Assembly (NCBI GenBank): GCA_028534125.1
Contig: CM052824.1
Coordinates: forward strand, 57,412,001-57,476,000
Direction of reading: 5' to 3'
Length of the DNA: 64,000 bases
DNA from: Lama glama
Taxonomy: Eukaryota
The position numbers and the translations under genes are program-made. A model generated the notes under the pieces. That model made no database searches. It saw only the letters and a program-made list of their open reading frames with translations, and was not told the DNA's origin. Positions 1 through 13,434 of the stretch are shown piece by piece. Each line of letters begins with the position of its first letter. Within the stretch, counting starts at the first letter, position 1.

Positions 1-519
1 TTCATAGCCTGTCTTATAAAAGAACCATTGAACCTAAAGTCCTTACCTCCACTACAAGTGTGTGACTCCTGGGACGTTATAGACGCCGAAGGGTTTATTA
101 TAAAATACTACGAACACCAATTTGTATTCCCCTAAAGGGGGCCCCAGCCACAGATGACAGTCCCGTCACCCCAGATGGCTGAAAACCAAGGAGCTGACTA
201 CAGATCTGTGTATTTGTCTCTTTCTCTCGGTCCTCTTTCTCGTTTTCCATCTGCTCCATCACTGCTGCCAAGAACTGGTGTGGGTCCCCATGTCCCGGGG
301 CCAGAAGGACTGATGCCCTGGTCAGAAGTGACAACTCAGAACTAAGAAGAGAACTCAGCAGCCCCCGATTGTAACTCTGTTGGTCACACGATGCCTATGG
401 CAATGAGAGTGACATCTCTAACCTGCAAATGCAAACGTTTCCCTGTGCACTTTAATTAAGCCTTTCAAACACCAACCCCCCCACCACACGCTTTTAGCAC
501 AGTCTGACTTTCTCAACAT

Positions 520-910
520 GTACCTACACAGTCGGGTGGAATCCAGCCTCTCCTTGACCTCTCCAGCCTCCTCTGCAACCGTCTTGTCGTTGAGAAGGAA
601 CTTGACCTCCTCAAACAACATTCTGAACATTTGCTGTCTGCCCTGTTCTTCTCCCTTCGTTTTCCCGCTGCTGAAGCAGCCTTCAGTTCTCATGGAAGAC
701 CTCACTTGGTTGGAAAAGCTCCCCCGACTCCTCCAGGTCTGGGGGGGGGGGGCGCCTGTCCTGTTAGCCCCACGGCGCCCTGCCGCCTGGCACATCACCA
801 GGGCCCACGCGTGCTAGTCTGTAACCTCTTGCTCATGGATGGGTACCTAGTGTGGCCCAGGACATAGGGGTTCAACAGACATTTATTGATGAATGAGTGA
901 ATAAATGTCT
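520..910 (+). mobile_element. L2 LINE 3' fragment (degenerate)
   Basis: Pyrimidine-rich body ending in an L2-type tail (ACATTTATTGATGAATGAGTGAATAAATG). Confidence 0.5.
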
Positions 911-1119
911 GAAAGGACAAAATGAGAAATACCTAGAGGGGTTAGCGTTCGTTCCGTTCTTAAAGGATCTAGTTACCAGGTACATCCCATTGTGTCTGCA
1001 TTCCAGAGAAAATGGTAAAATTGTTCATATTAAAAAATTCTCTAGGGACTTGAAGTTTATAGACAAACCAAATCTATTTTTTTTAAAGAAACATGCTGAT
1101 AGATGTTTACTTTTTTACC

Positions 1120-1330
1120 TTTTCTTTTTTGAAGTATAGTTAGTTTACAACGTTGGGTCAATTTCTGGGGTACAGCATCATGTTTCAGTCATATGTATAC
1201 ATACATATATTCATTTTCATATTCTTTTTCACCATAAGCTACTACAAGATATCAAATATAGTTCCCTGTGCTACACAGTATTAACTTGTTTATCTATTTT
1301 ATGTGTACCAGTCAGTATCTGCAAATCCCA
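1120..1330 (-). mobile_element. L1 3' end fragment (artiodactyl-type L1 3'UTR)
   Basis: Poly-T followed by GAAGTATAGTTAGTTTACAA...AGTTCCCTGTGCTACACAGTA. Homologous to the copies at 4142-4400, 26730-26892 and 30344-30526. Confidence 0.7.
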
Positions 1331-1714
1331 GTAGATATTTATGAATACGGGCTTATAAGGAACTTCTCCTAGACGTACGACCACAGGTAACCTTTGCTTC
1401 AGAGAGTCAAGGAAGATTCTCCCTGCCTGTAGTTTATCTCCCCAAGAAAGGCTGGTGCCTGAAATTTCACTGTGACAGTTCCCTTTCTTTGGCCTAAGGT
1501 TTTATAGCCTCTTACATAGAAATACAGCAAATACTGCAGATAAAGTAAGACATTTTATCTTATGAATCATTTATGCTCCTGGAATTTAACAAAACCACCT
1601 CCTGGATAAATTAAATCATGTATACTAAGAAGCCATAGAGAATTTTGGAATCTTGCAATAAAAGGTGCTCAAAAATCTGTCTCAAAGAATATATAAGAAT
1701 ATTGATTTTTTAAA

Positions 1715-1945
1715 AAGTAGCTAACATTTACTGAACCCCGAACGGGGCCAGGCTGTGATCTAAATACTTCAACGTGGACAACGTCATTTGTCTGTGCAGT
1801 GACCCTAAGGAGTAGGAAGCACTGTTATCCTCATCTTACAAGGTGTCGAGGGGTTAAGTAGCGAGCCTGAGTCACACAGCTGGTGACAGAGCTGGGATCC
1901 CAGCCCAAACCCTCCGACTGCAGAGCCCGAGATCGCCACCACTGC
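1715..1945 (-). mobile_element. MIR SINE remnant
   Basis: MIR-like core (TTATCCTCATCTTACA...GGTTAAGTA...GTCACACAGCTGGTGACAGAGCTGGGAT). Confidence 0.6.
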
Positions 1946-3124
1946 ATCATCTTCCTTCTTCTTCTTTCATCCAGGATGAAAGAAAGTATCTACTACCAAG
2001 GGACCAATTTGGTAAAATAACACCAAGTTAGTTTAGAACTAAATCCAAAGAAGTAACATCTCAAAGTTTTCTTGTTTCCACAGAACCAGTTAACATTCCA
2101 TTACGTCGTGTTTGCCGAACCGTCTGCTGTGTCTGTTTAAACACGTCTCATCTGTGTCAGTGACAATGAAGGAGTGAAATATATTTCTGAAAGCTCTTAA
2201 TAAAGAGTTTACATTAAAATTTTTAATTAATTAATTTATTTGGCAAGGGACGAGAGCACACCCTACTGGTCAGCAAATGGGAAATACATCATTTACTTGG
2301 AAGAAAATGTCATGTTAAATTTTGCAGATAAAATCAGATGAATGCTTAAAAAGAACCTGAAAACACTGTCTTGTAAACATCTATATATTAAATTAATGTC
2401 TTTATAAGACATTAAAATATTTTTTAAAGGCTATAAGTTCTAGAAATGGGATAAAAGTAGAAATACAATAACTACCATTAGCATCAGATTTTCGTTAAGG
2501 AAGCATTAGGTAAATTAAAAAGTGGCTCAATTGAAAAACTGTACAAATAGTCCTTCAAAAGTCATACTAAGCAAAAGCAGGGAAGCCCTGGTCCTAACAC
2601 TTAAAACAGCAGATAGAGAAATTAAATCCAACCTCTTCAGTCTTTTCCCAGGCTGAGTACACTGCATTTTTTTTTTTAAGGGGGAAAGCGGAGAACACGG
2701 AGTAACATCCCTAACTACATATGGGGAAAATGGAAATTGTAAAGAAATCTTTTTCTGCACAACTTCTCAAACGGCTGCTAAATTGGAAAGCTCAATAGAA
2801 ACTTTGATGTGAGGAGACACTCTCTGCGGATGAATCTCTGCTTTTATCAGCATGTGTGTTTTAAAATAATCCACCAAGTTTATCGGAAATACTGTATCAA
2901 TATATATACATATATGACCTGATGTTTCCAAAACAGAAAGTGGCAAGTAAACAAATGACCTATATGAAATGCAATTCTTTCATTGTCGTTTTTTTTTTTA
3001 TTGTGCACACCTAGAAATTAGTTTTTAAAAATGCGCAACTACATATACCGTGAACACAAAAGGAAAGGCTCTAGGACCTGGAGGGTAATTCAGAAAGTGT
3101 CTCACTTTAAAATATGTCTTTATG

Positions 3125-3265
3125 GGCGCTGGGATGTATAGCTCAGCGGTACAGAGCATGGCTAGCATGTGCAAGGTCCTAGGTTCAATCCACAGTACCT
3201 CCATCAAAATAAATAAACCTAATTACCCACCCACCCCCAAAAGAAAAGACAAAATAAAATAAAAT
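3125..3265 (+). mobile_element. tRNA-Ala-derived camelid SINE (Vic-1-like)
   Basis: A box TATAGCTCAGCGG, B box GGTTCAATCC, AAATAAACCTAATTACC segment and A-rich tail. Degenerate TSD TAAAATATGTCTTTATG / TAAAATAGGTCTTGATG. Confidence 0.85.
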
Positions 3266-4141
3266 AGGTCTTGATGAACATAGCCGTAACACAGAAAACA
3301 TCTATAATCAAGCTGAATAAACATCAAATTGTGTATCCTCTTCTTCTGGATTCACATAGTATCACAACACAAATTTGGAAGGGTCGTGAGCTTCTACGTG
3401 CCTTCTGGGGCTCCTGGGAGAGGAGAGAAACGAACAGTATCCTTAGGAGAGCAGAGACTGTGATTCTAAGGTTTCTGAGCCAGAACCTCCCTCTGTTCTC
3501 ACTCCAAGGATGGCCTCTTCTTCCTCTGAAAAAGGGCAAGGGCAGAGTGACATTCTGGGTCAGTGTGATGTAAGCCTAACATTTCAGATGTTATGCTGAG
3601 GGGTTTTTATATTAAATAACCACCAGCTAATATAAATTCCTCGGGAACTGGCCTCAAAATGAAATGATTGGGAGAGAAGGAAAAAAACATTGTCTGACTG
3701 TACATTTCTTTCTTACCGGAGATAATTTAAAACATGTTAGATTCAGTTCGAAGAGAGTATTTTTTTCCCTAAACCTCTAGACTAGAGTTCCAGTTACAAG
3801 TCAATGGACGATCACTTGATAAACACAATATGCTCATTTCAAGTTGCTTAGCATTTTCCATGTAAACTCTTCCCCAATATTCTACAATATTATTGACATG
3901 TCAGCGTTATTACAAAAGAGCACTAACAGACCCTTAGATAAAAGATCTGTGGGGTGTTGTCTTCTCATGTACTTTATCCACAGCTGAGAAAGTTGTACCA
4001 GTATAATTGTCAGCAAAATTCAATATGCTATCAGCTGTAACTGGTTTTCTCCCAATAGAAATAAATCAAGATGTTTACTTTGCAAGTTTTAACTAGATCA
4101 GAAGAAAAAAAAATCAGATTAATCAAGAATTACTCATGTGA

Positions 4142-4400
4142 TTTTTTTTTTTAAATTGAAGTACCGTCAGTTACAATGTGCCAATTTCTGGTGTAACGCA
4201 CAACGTCCCAGTCATGCACGTACATACATATATTCATTTCCATATTTTTTTCATTAAAGGTTATTACAAGATATTGAACATAGTTCCCTGTGCTACACAG
4301 CAGAAACTTAAAAAAAATCTTTTTTTATGTATAGTGGCTAACATTTGTAAATCTCAAAATCCCAAATTTATCCCTTCCCACCCCTTTTCCCTGGTAACCG
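4142..4400 (-). mobile_element. L1 3' end fragment
   Basis: Poly-T then TTGAAGTACCGTCAGTTACAATGTG...AGTTCCCTGTGCTACACAG, the same family as 1120-1330. Confidence 0.7.
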
Positions 4401-5819
4401 TAAGATTTTTGATAATTTACCGAAACATTAGCACATCACACAGCTCCCAACCATATAGTGAGTATCCTGTTGATCTTCTTTCTCTAAAGAAGGGGTGTGT
4501 TTGATGGTTGCTCTGGTGATTATCACTGTTTAATGAATAGGGGAATGTACAAGCAGGCCAATAAGGCCAAAGCACAAATTACAGCTGTATTGTGGTAACT
4601 TGAAATAGTGTGACCAGGGTTCCTTTTGGATGCCACCTGAGCTCATCTAGGTCCCCATTCAGTAAATGCTGTACTGTGAGGTCTGAAAAGGTGTTCTCTG
4701 GCAAATTCTCAGGCTGATCTTTTTTCACACTGATAACAGTGTATGGGTAAGCCGTAAACATAAATGAAACTAAAATGGGAAAAGAATCTGGATGGATTTT
4801 CTGTGACTCAAAAAACAGAGTTAGTTTGGTACGAAAACTAGCCATGAGTTGTCACTAATTTTCATCATTCTAAAATAATACTAAATGAGTGGCAAGAAGT
4901 AAGAAAAGTTAACAGAAGGATGGAATAACTGAGTTGCTGGTAAGCAGCGCAGACGTGAAGATGACCCAGCAACCCCGGAGTCCAGAGGATAGAGTTTTTT
5001 CTGCTGGACATTTTTTGTCTTGCAAATAAAAGAGGGCAAAAGGATCTTTCAGTTTTTTTGAGGTTTGGGTTTTTTGTTTTTTTGTTTGTGTGTGGGGGTT
5101 TTTTTTTTTTTTTAATGTTTAAGGCCTTGAATTCAAAATAAGGCCTTTGAATTAAATTTAAAAGAAATGTAAGCAAATAAGAGGGGAGAAAAGGCAAATC
5201 ACTTCATGCGGTGCAAAGTTAATAGTTAACCTGATAATGAAGTCGGAATCTCATTCCATATGTTAAACTACCCCAATTAGGTAGTGCTAAATGTCTAACT
5301 ATCGGGGCATTACTGCTGAAATGCAAGAAGGGCCTCTGAGGAGACCAAAGAGGTCAGCTGGAGGTCTCTGGCCTCTACTCAATAGAGAGTACCATTCAGG
5401 GGATTTGTTCTAGTTAAAACTGGAGGGTTTCTGTCTATTTGCTTTTTTTCTTACTTTAGTTACTCTTGGTTTGTTATCATTTGTATTATTTATTTTACGG
5501 TTAAACTATAAGCCTAAGTTGCATCACCGGCGCCCTGAGAAACCTCCTCCCGCGGCGCCTGCTGGCGTTTTGTCCTTGGGCATCAGTGGCTGCCCTGATG
5601 CCAAGAGATGTTGAGGTCAGCGTGGGTCCATTAAGTAAACACGGGACTGGGGACTCAAGTGGACGCCAGGATGAGGGTGGGGGCTCCTTCTGGAAGCCCG
5701 TGGGCGGCCCTATCGGGTCCAACTGCCACCAGTGCCTGACCTCCATCAGCAAACACGTGGTCAGAGGAGAGGTGGCTGGGCACTCTCGTGAAAGGCCCTC
5801 ACCAGCATGGCCTTGCCGC

Positions 5820-6010
5820 CACTCACTGTCCCACGCTGTCCCACGCCGCCCTCCCTATCCCACGCTGTCCTTCCCTCTCCCGCGCTGTCTCCTGATGTCC
5901 CACACCGTCCCGCATGTCCCTCCCTCTCCGGCGCTTTCCTTTGATGTCCCACACTGTCCCCTCCCTCTCTCGCGCTGTTTCTCGATGTCCCTGACGTCCC
6001 CCGCTGTGCC
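5820..6010. repeat. Degenerate CTGTCCC/TGTCCC-unit minisatellite-like tract
   Basis: Repeated CACTGTCCC, CGCTGTCCC and GATGTCCC units at the edge of the CpG island. Confidence 0.55.
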
Positions 6011-6436
6011 TCCCACGCCCCGGGCCTCGTGGTGAGCGCGGGGCCTGCAGGCGGCACACGCGGCCCCACGGAGGCCGGCCCCGGGCAGTCCGCTCGCCTT
6101 CTCCCGGTGCTCTCGACCCACTCGCGCGGCGGCCGGCGGACAGAGGGAAACAAAACCCACCCCGGGGCTGGAAACGATGGAAACTTTGGTTCGTGCAGGA
6201 ACCGCGGCCAAGCCGGGCGGCCCGCACACTTTGGAGGAAAATTCAGGGTAAGGGGTTCCCAGAGCTCGGCAGCGGCCGCCCGGATCCGGCGGAGGTGGGG
6301 CGCGAAGACTGCGGCGGCCCAGAAACACGTCCGTCGGGAGACAAAGGCGGCTTCCCCGCAGGGCCGCGCGTCGCGGGTGGACCCGCCGCGAGCGCCTCGG
6401 CCGCGACATCGCCCCTTTAAGCGGCTTGAGGCCGGG

Positions 6437-6501
6437 ATTGGCTGCGCGGGGGAGGTGGGGCGGTGAGCGGCGACGTCACGGCCCCGCCCGCTCGCTATAT
6501 A
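6437..6501 (+). promoter_or_regulatory. ERRFI1: ERRFI1 core promoter: inverted CCAAT (6437-6441), GC box (6457-6463), CRE-like GACGTCA (6472-6478), TATATA (6496-6501)
   Basis: Motifs read directly from the sequence, in the order typical of an immediate-early gene promoter. Confidence 0.75.
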
Positions 6502-6524
6502 GTGAGGCGGCGGCGGCGGCGGCG

Positions 6525-6691
6525 GCAGCGGCGACGGCGGCTGAGTGCGAGCGGGGAGCGCGAGCGGGAGCGAACGGCCAGCGAGCGGCGAGGCGCCTGC
6601 GCGGTGGCCGGGCCCCTGAGCCCGCGGCGCTGAGCCAGCCGGGACGGACATGCGCGGGAGGGCGCCGTGGGGCAGCGGCAGCTCCGCGGGG
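6525..6691 (+). other. ERRFI1: ERRFI1 exon 1 (non-coding; TSS approximate)
   Basis: Begins about 25-30 nt downstream of the TATA box and ends at donor GGG|GTAAGG (GT at 6692). Confidence 0.75.
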
Positions 6692-9600
6692 GTAAGGGGC
6701 CTGCGGTCCGGGGGCGGGGAGGGTGGCGCCGCGCCCCTCGGGGCTCGGGGCGGCTCCCGACGCGGGCGGGTCCCCAGGGCGCGGAGAGGGTCTCCCGACG
6801 CCGAGTATACCGGGGACGGAGGGACGGACGGAGGGAGGGGCCGGCCCGGGGCGCCCGGGACGCGGCTCCGGCAGCGAAGAGCCGGGGTCCTGCGCCCGCG
6901 GGGTGGCGGCGGCCTCGGGCTCTCTCCTCCCCACGGGGGCTGCGCTGCCCGGTCCACACCGCGCGCCCACCAGCCCGGTCCTGGAAGCTGCAGGCGGCCC
7001 GGGATCGGCACCGGCTCCGACCCGCGGGCTCTCTGCTTGGTCTCGGCGGCCACGGTCATCCCCAGGCAGTGTTCCTAATTCATCCGAGCAGCTCCGTGCC
7101 CTCCTCCTCCTCCTCCCAGGAACGTGATTCTTTGCTCTGAATGTCTTAAATACGGCCTCAAAGGGAAAGGAACTGCAGAATTCAATGTCGGGGACGTGAA
7201 CGCTTATTGGATAGTTCTCGTGTGTGTGTATTTATACCTACATCATAGCCTTGTACAAATTAGATGACTCCTTTACCATGATTGGTACTGCACTGGTGCT
7301 TGCGAAGTCTTTATTAGGATTTCGTCATTGCTTGAAAGAAACCAGCCTCTTACCTGATAAAAAACATGAATAGATTGTTAGTCATAAACTTAAGTGCAGT
7401 CAGAATAGAGACTGTAGCTTTAAAAGAGATGTGTTGGTGACTTTAGGTACACCTGCAACACAGGTAGGGCAGGACTGGTTTCTAGGCAACTGTCAGAGGT
7501 GAAGAAAGGTGAGGTTAAAATGCCTTTTTTTTTTCCTCCTGGAGAACAAGTGTTCTGCAAAGTTTTAAGCTTTTATAAATCTGTTAAGAATGCAGTGGGC
7601 ATAGGTTTGTTGAGACAAAAACATATAAGTTAACCATACCTAGTGTTGCCTTTTTTTAACCACATTTCTTTTTTTTTAAATCTTTGTTATTTTATAGTTG
7701 TAAGTGAAGTTTTAGTTAAACAAAGGCATTTTTTGGTGTCTGTTTCAATAAATGACCAGATTTTGCGAAGACCAAAATAAAAGAAGTCGGTTTCTTGTTA
7801 ACATGCTATGATTGGTTATCATTATGTTATCAACCAAGCTCTTTTCCAGATATCAGCAAATTTGAAGATAAGTACATACAGGTTTTAGCGCAGAGTTTGG
7901 ACACTTTTTGTCATTGCCCTCACTTCACAGAGAGGTTCATTTTCAGCTGTGTGTTCCCATAGATACTTACGGATAGATGGGAGAGATCTGGGGCTAACAA
8001 TTTATAACCCAACAGATACTAGACTGTAAACTCCTTATGGGCAGGAACTCTGCCTCATACACTTCTGTCTTACGCAGTTGGTAATTGATGATTGATAAAT
8101 GCAGGAAAGCATGTTTTACATTGTAAAGCTGAGCAGGATTGGTCCAGTCACTGATAAGGATCGGATAGCGAATCTGGTTTTGCTTTGTTTTTTCAATGGC
8201 TCTTAGGAAATGTCTGAATTATTCATATTTTTGATAGGTAAAAATCAGTGTTCTGATGCATTGGGTTTACTGCTTTCAGTTTACAATAGATACAAGTCGC
8301 TCTCTTTCTGTGAGATTTAATTATACTTTGGACTTGAGTTTTTGTGTGAAAATGACTCTTCACTGCTACTTCTCAGAAGTTGAACCAGATACTATTTCCT
8401 TTCTGCTAATACTAATGGTAGCTTTTAAAAGCAAGTCACCTAAATTACAGGTACAGTCGAACATGCTTGAAACTGACCTGAATGTCTGCATACCATCAGG
8501 TTGCTTTAGGAAGGTGAGCAGAGGAGGGAAAAGGTGGTGCCGAGGGTAATTCCAGGAATTTGAATGTTGCAGGCTCCCTCTGCCAGAGAAACAACTCTGC
8601 TCTTAATCTAAATACATTTGAATTGGTACCTCACCATCAGGATTCCTTTAGCATCCTTCAGTGCTGGTGTTTGGCCATGCTTTATGAAAGCTAATGTATA
8701 ACTCACTAGATGAATGAAATCCATTTGTGGCCTCCTGGTATTATTCGCACAGTATGAACACACGCTTTGTAAAGACGCTTTGGTGAGTTTCAGGGTTCTG
8801 TATGTGAGTTACTAGCTGAATACAGAAATTCATTTTAAGGTAAGGGAAAGTTAGTATGGGATTCAGATTTCAGAAAAGAAAAAAGATCCTGCAATTTGGA
8901 GTCATTGTTGGTACTCCAGTCTAACTCCTTATGCCATAAAATCGGGCAGTATTATTCAAAGGCCGTTGAATATATTTTTAAAATACGAGAGTGTGGCTGC
9001 ATGAATTAGCCCTTTTCAACGCCAAAGTGCCACAATTCAATAAAACATTACCGTTTAATAGAGGAAACATTCAGGAGGTAAGCTTTAGAAGACATTGTCC
9101 AAAAGCTCTTGTTAGACCCCCAGAATATGAAACCTGACTAGTTACAGATTGATTTTTTAAAAAAAATACTCTTCCCCTCTGCAAGGAACACGCTTCTCCT
9201 GACCCCTCTCAGCGCTGCCTTTCTTTCATCCTTTAGACTTGAATTCTAAAAGTCACCTGAGAGCCTTCCCTAACCGCCTGTGTAAATAGGTTCTCGTGTC
9301 CTCTCACTGTTCTCCACCCATTTCCTTGGAAGTGGCCACCGTCCACGGTTGCCTGCTTGCTTGTTACCTCTCTCCTCGCTGGACTGAGACTTCCTCAGGC
9401 AGCATCCCGTCCCTTTCACCCAGCACCGTGTCTGGTGCAGAATCAGCATTTAATAACCATTTGTGAACATAGTTAAGCCTTCCCCCCTAAGAACCCCTAA
9501 GAATGCATGAGCCAAACACCCTGGGCTGAGTTCGTTTTTCATCTCTGCCATTGATTAGTGCTTGGGTCCTGTCCTCTGGGTCACTTTCCCCATTTGTGAA

Positions 9601-10319
9601 CAAGAATGTTAGGAGGAGGGCTGGGGCTGTTGCCTAAAATGAAGCTACTCTAGAAAGGAGAGGCAGTGAGAGTGTGGCGGGGAAGATGCCGGCTTACAGC
9701 GCAGAAGAGCTGCGCTGGCCTCTTGCTGACAAACCTCACTTCATTTCCTCCTCTGCAAAGTGGGGATTGTAATCCCTGCCTCTTCTTACAGGGATGTTTT
9801 GGGGATCAAGGGACATAACGTGTTAGAAAGTGCTTTGTAATTTGTGGAGTGTGTTCCAAATACAAGATATTCTATTATTAAATCCTGGATTTTACAATAG
9901 AGCCTGGTTATAACTCCACCATCGGGATCCACGCTGCGAGTGTATTCAGATGAGGCCCGTTGGGTATATGTAGTGATGCCATTCTATAGGTGAACGCAGA
10001 CCTGTGTTATATTGAATACTACGTTGTAATGGGTTCTAGGACGGTGGGGCATCAGTGTGTCACTAAAGGTTGAGGGTTTCGAAGTAGTCTTAGAACATAG
10101 AGCTGATATCTTAACCCACCCTTTTTAGAGGATACATAGTGCAAATCTGCAGGTAATGACTCTTACAGGGGAATTTGAGGAACTTTCATAGGCTAAGGGT
10201 GACCCAAGAAAAAGTATTACCAGGCAGCAAATCCCCAGAAAAGTCTGTCTGAGCCACCCTTAAAGCTTGAGCCTTGCAGTGGTCAAATCCTACCCCAGTT
10301 TAAGAGCCTAGGGGCGTGG

Positions 10320-10535
10320 AGAGCAGCATGGTGTGTGGGGAGCGCCTGGCGTCGCCTCGGCCCCACCACTGGCCAGGCGTGACCTGGAGCAGGTTACTTA
10401 ACTCTGCGCCTCCAGCTCCTCCTCTGTAAATGAGCGTAATAGGAGTCCCCCACCTCGCAGGGTTGTTGAGAGGATTAAATAAGTTAATACACGTAGAGCA
10501 CTCAGGACAATGCCTGCCACGTAAGTGTCCGATGA
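10320..10535 (+). mobile_element. MIR SINE remnant
   Basis: MIR core: GTGACCTGGAGCAGGTTACTTAACTCTGCGCCTCCAGCTCCTCCTCTGTAAATG...GGTTGTTGAGAGGATTAAAT. Confidence 0.65.
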
Positions 10536-10540
10536 AGCAC

Positions 10541-11040
10541 NNNNNNNNNNNNNNNNNNNNNNNNNNNNNNNNNNNNNNNNNNNNNNNNNNNNNNNNNNNN
10601 NNNNNNNNNNNNNNNNNNNNNNNNNNNNNNNNNNNNNNNNNNNNNNNNNNNNNNNNNNNNNNNNNNNNNNNNNNNNNNNNNNNNNNNNNNNNNNNNNNNN
10701 NNNNNNNNNNNNNNNNNNNNNNNNNNNNNNNNNNNNNNNNNNNNNNNNNNNNNNNNNNNNNNNNNNNNNNNNNNNNNNNNNNNNNNNNNNNNNNNNNNNN
10801 NNNNNNNNNNNNNNNNNNNNNNNNNNNNNNNNNNNNNNNNNNNNNNNNNNNNNNNNNNNNNNNNNNNNNNNNNNNNNNNNNNNNNNNNNNNNNNNNNNNN
10901 NNNNNNNNNNNNNNNNNNNNNNNNNNNNNNNNNNNNNNNNNNNNNNNNNNNNNNNNNNNNNNNNNNNNNNNNNNNNNNNNNNNNNNNNNNNNNNNNNNNN
11001 NNNNNNNNNNNNNNNNNNNNNNNNNNNNNNNNNNNNNNNN
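10541..11040. other. Assembly gap (500 N)
   Basis: Run of N. Confidence 1.
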
Positions 11041-13392
11041 TTTGAAGACTCTTTAGTTTTCAGGGAATAAACTTGGGTCACATGGCACTGTAATTAATAA
11101 CTGTTATAAACACTGACTGTGTGAGGTGCGTGTCAAATCAGTAAGTTCTCTCATATTATTAATAAAAGTTAAAGTTCCACGAAACAGCTGAACTGAATCC
11201 TCAAGGCGAGTAGCTCGGCTCTGAGTGCTGTGGACACGAGTCACAGTCAAAGTGGTGAGGCTTTGGCTTCTTTTTTTGTTCTCCCAAAGGTGATTATTTT
11301 AGACATTTTGAAAATGAAGATAAGTTGATGTGGGGAGGGTCTAAAGTCATGGTGTTCACCATGTTCCCGAGTCAGTTTCTTTTCACAAATTTGGGCTCTA
11401 AATATAGTTACCTCCTGTCTCCCTGGACATTGGAAGTAGTTATGTAGGTAATTGTTAAATGCAGCTGAAAAGACTTTATCACCCTGAATAAACAGAAATC
11501 AGGTTCTTAAACCAGATTGAAAGAAGGAAATTACATCACACTTTTAAATAAGGAAGCACTGGGCAGAACTGGATGAGCTGTATGACAAAAATGTGCCCCT
11601 CCTCCATGAGTGGATTGGTCCTCGGCTTATTCATGAGGTCTGACGGCAAGGTGAGCATATCTAGGTTGCTGTCTTAAGGGAGCCTAGTCTTTTCAAGAAC
11701 AGTTTCAAAGAGGCCGTCCTCAAGCAAAAAGCATGTGATTTCACCTTAATACTAAGAATGTGCAGTGTGCTTTCTCATGTAACTTTTTTTTTCTTAAGGA
11801 ACATGGCCTTAAATTTAGCAGCGAAAACACACAGTAGGTGCCTTATAACCCAGAAGAGAAGAGAAGGTGAAATTCCTTGTTTCTAGAAAGCACCATTGCT
11901 CTAAGTAAACATTGAGTAGCAGAAGCCGGTTTAGAAAGTTGCCTTGTTACCCGTTTAAGCTTCTGATTTTTGCCCAGTCTGACTGCCCAGTTTGAATTTG
12001 GGGAGTGAATTTAATGAAAGTTCCCTGCCTGCTCCAAATCCTAGACTTACTCCATTATCCTAGGGCAGTGTCCGCACACAGGAAGGTTTTCCCTCCACTG
12101 ATTTATACTCTACGTGAATCTTCCGTGTAATTACTTTTTTTTTTAATGAGATGAATATTTTCTCAAAATTCGTGTAAGTATGTATCAAATGAATGAAGCC
12201 AGGATCTGCGGAGGGCTGGGGGAGGGGGCCAGGGTTGGGGGCCAGAGAGCCACCCTGGGAAATCAGGATGATGGACAGGGAACGGGGTGCAGCACAAAAT
12301 AATCCGAGACCATCGAGACACTACCCTGGCCTCTCAGAAGGGCCGGGTCTGTGGAGACAGTGGCATAAGGGATGGCCCCGAAGGCCTCACTGATCTCTGA
12401 CAGCGAAGAGGAGCAAGGGCGGGAAGAAGGTGGAGCCAGACCAGGCAGCTTTCCCTTAGAAGCCCTCCAGGACCTTGGAGCGGTGGATGATCTTAATTCG
12501 AGCTGTAGTTTGGGAATACTGATCTGGCCAGTCGGGTGGAAGGGGGATTTTCGGACCCCAGGCAGATGGGTACCAGTGAACAGGAGGAAGGTCCATTAGA
12601 GAAATGATGTAGAAATAGGCACCGGAACTTGGTAGCTGAACGCAGATCTCCCGTAACTCAGGTGAAAAATGGTGCCTTGAGGAGTAGCACGGTCCTCTCA
12701 GACCACAAACTGGTCCGGCAGGGGGAGGGGGTGAAGTAAGTGACTGGAGGAGTTTGGTTTGCAGAGTTGGAGATGCCAGAGGGCCATCCAAGTGGAAAGA
12801 TAATCACCAGACAATAGGAAATGCAAAGTGGAGGCTCGAGCCAGGGCTGGAGTCAAGATTCAGGAGCCGTCAGAGCCAGGCTCAGAAGTCCCCGCGGTGC
12901 CGGGTTGGGGGCAGAGAAAGGCAGGACGGCCTGGGGAAACATGGGGTTTTAGGGTTTGTTGTTTTTTAATTCCCCTTGAATTAAACAAAACCAAGTGATG
13001 TTAACGGGAAGCAGTAGTTCACATCTGGAATGGGTACTTAACCACATTTTTGACAGACTCGGAGGCTGAAGAGTAGGTCATGTATTTGAAGAAAGTTACT
13101 GTATCCAAAGTTCCTTAGATCCCAGTCTAGACCATGCTGCCCGGATGAACGCTAGCTGTCATCTTTTTGCGGTTCCTCCCAGAATGCCGTCTCCTCCTTG
13201 GAGCTACTGATTTTCCCACATAGATACCTCTTTGCAGTCGGTTTCCTAATGAATTGTGAGGCAGAGCTAGCTTTAGCCACAGGAAACCAAATTCGAAACA
13301 CCGCAGCGTTAGTTACATTTCACCTGAAGACTGTGTTTCTTTTGAACATGAACTTGACCAAATGGATTGATTCCCACCCCTGACTCCAGGGA

Positions 13393-13394
13393 GT

Positions 13395-13427
<33 letters not shown>

Positions 13428-13434
13428 TGTGTGT
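13393..13434. repeat. (GC)n(GT)n compound microsatellite
   Basis: 42 bp of perfect purine-pyrimidine alternation. Confidence 0.95.

Larger units (their letters stand above)
5990..7060. promoter_or_regulatory. ERRFI1: ERRFI1 promoter CpG island
   Basis: Very high GC and CpG density spanning the first exon. Confidence 0.9.

Noticed and set aside
5761-7140. Many long overlapping ORFs (up to 432 aa) on both strands
   Set aside because: Low-complexity Pro/Arg/Gly/Ala translations expected from a CpG island.
7543-7556. AGAACA-AG-TGTTCT palindrome as a glucocorticoid response element
   Set aside because: The spacer is 2 nt, and canonical GRE/ARE sites need 3 nt.
10398-11081. ORFs spanning N runs (also 27952-28578)
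   Set aside because: Artefacts of the assembly gaps.
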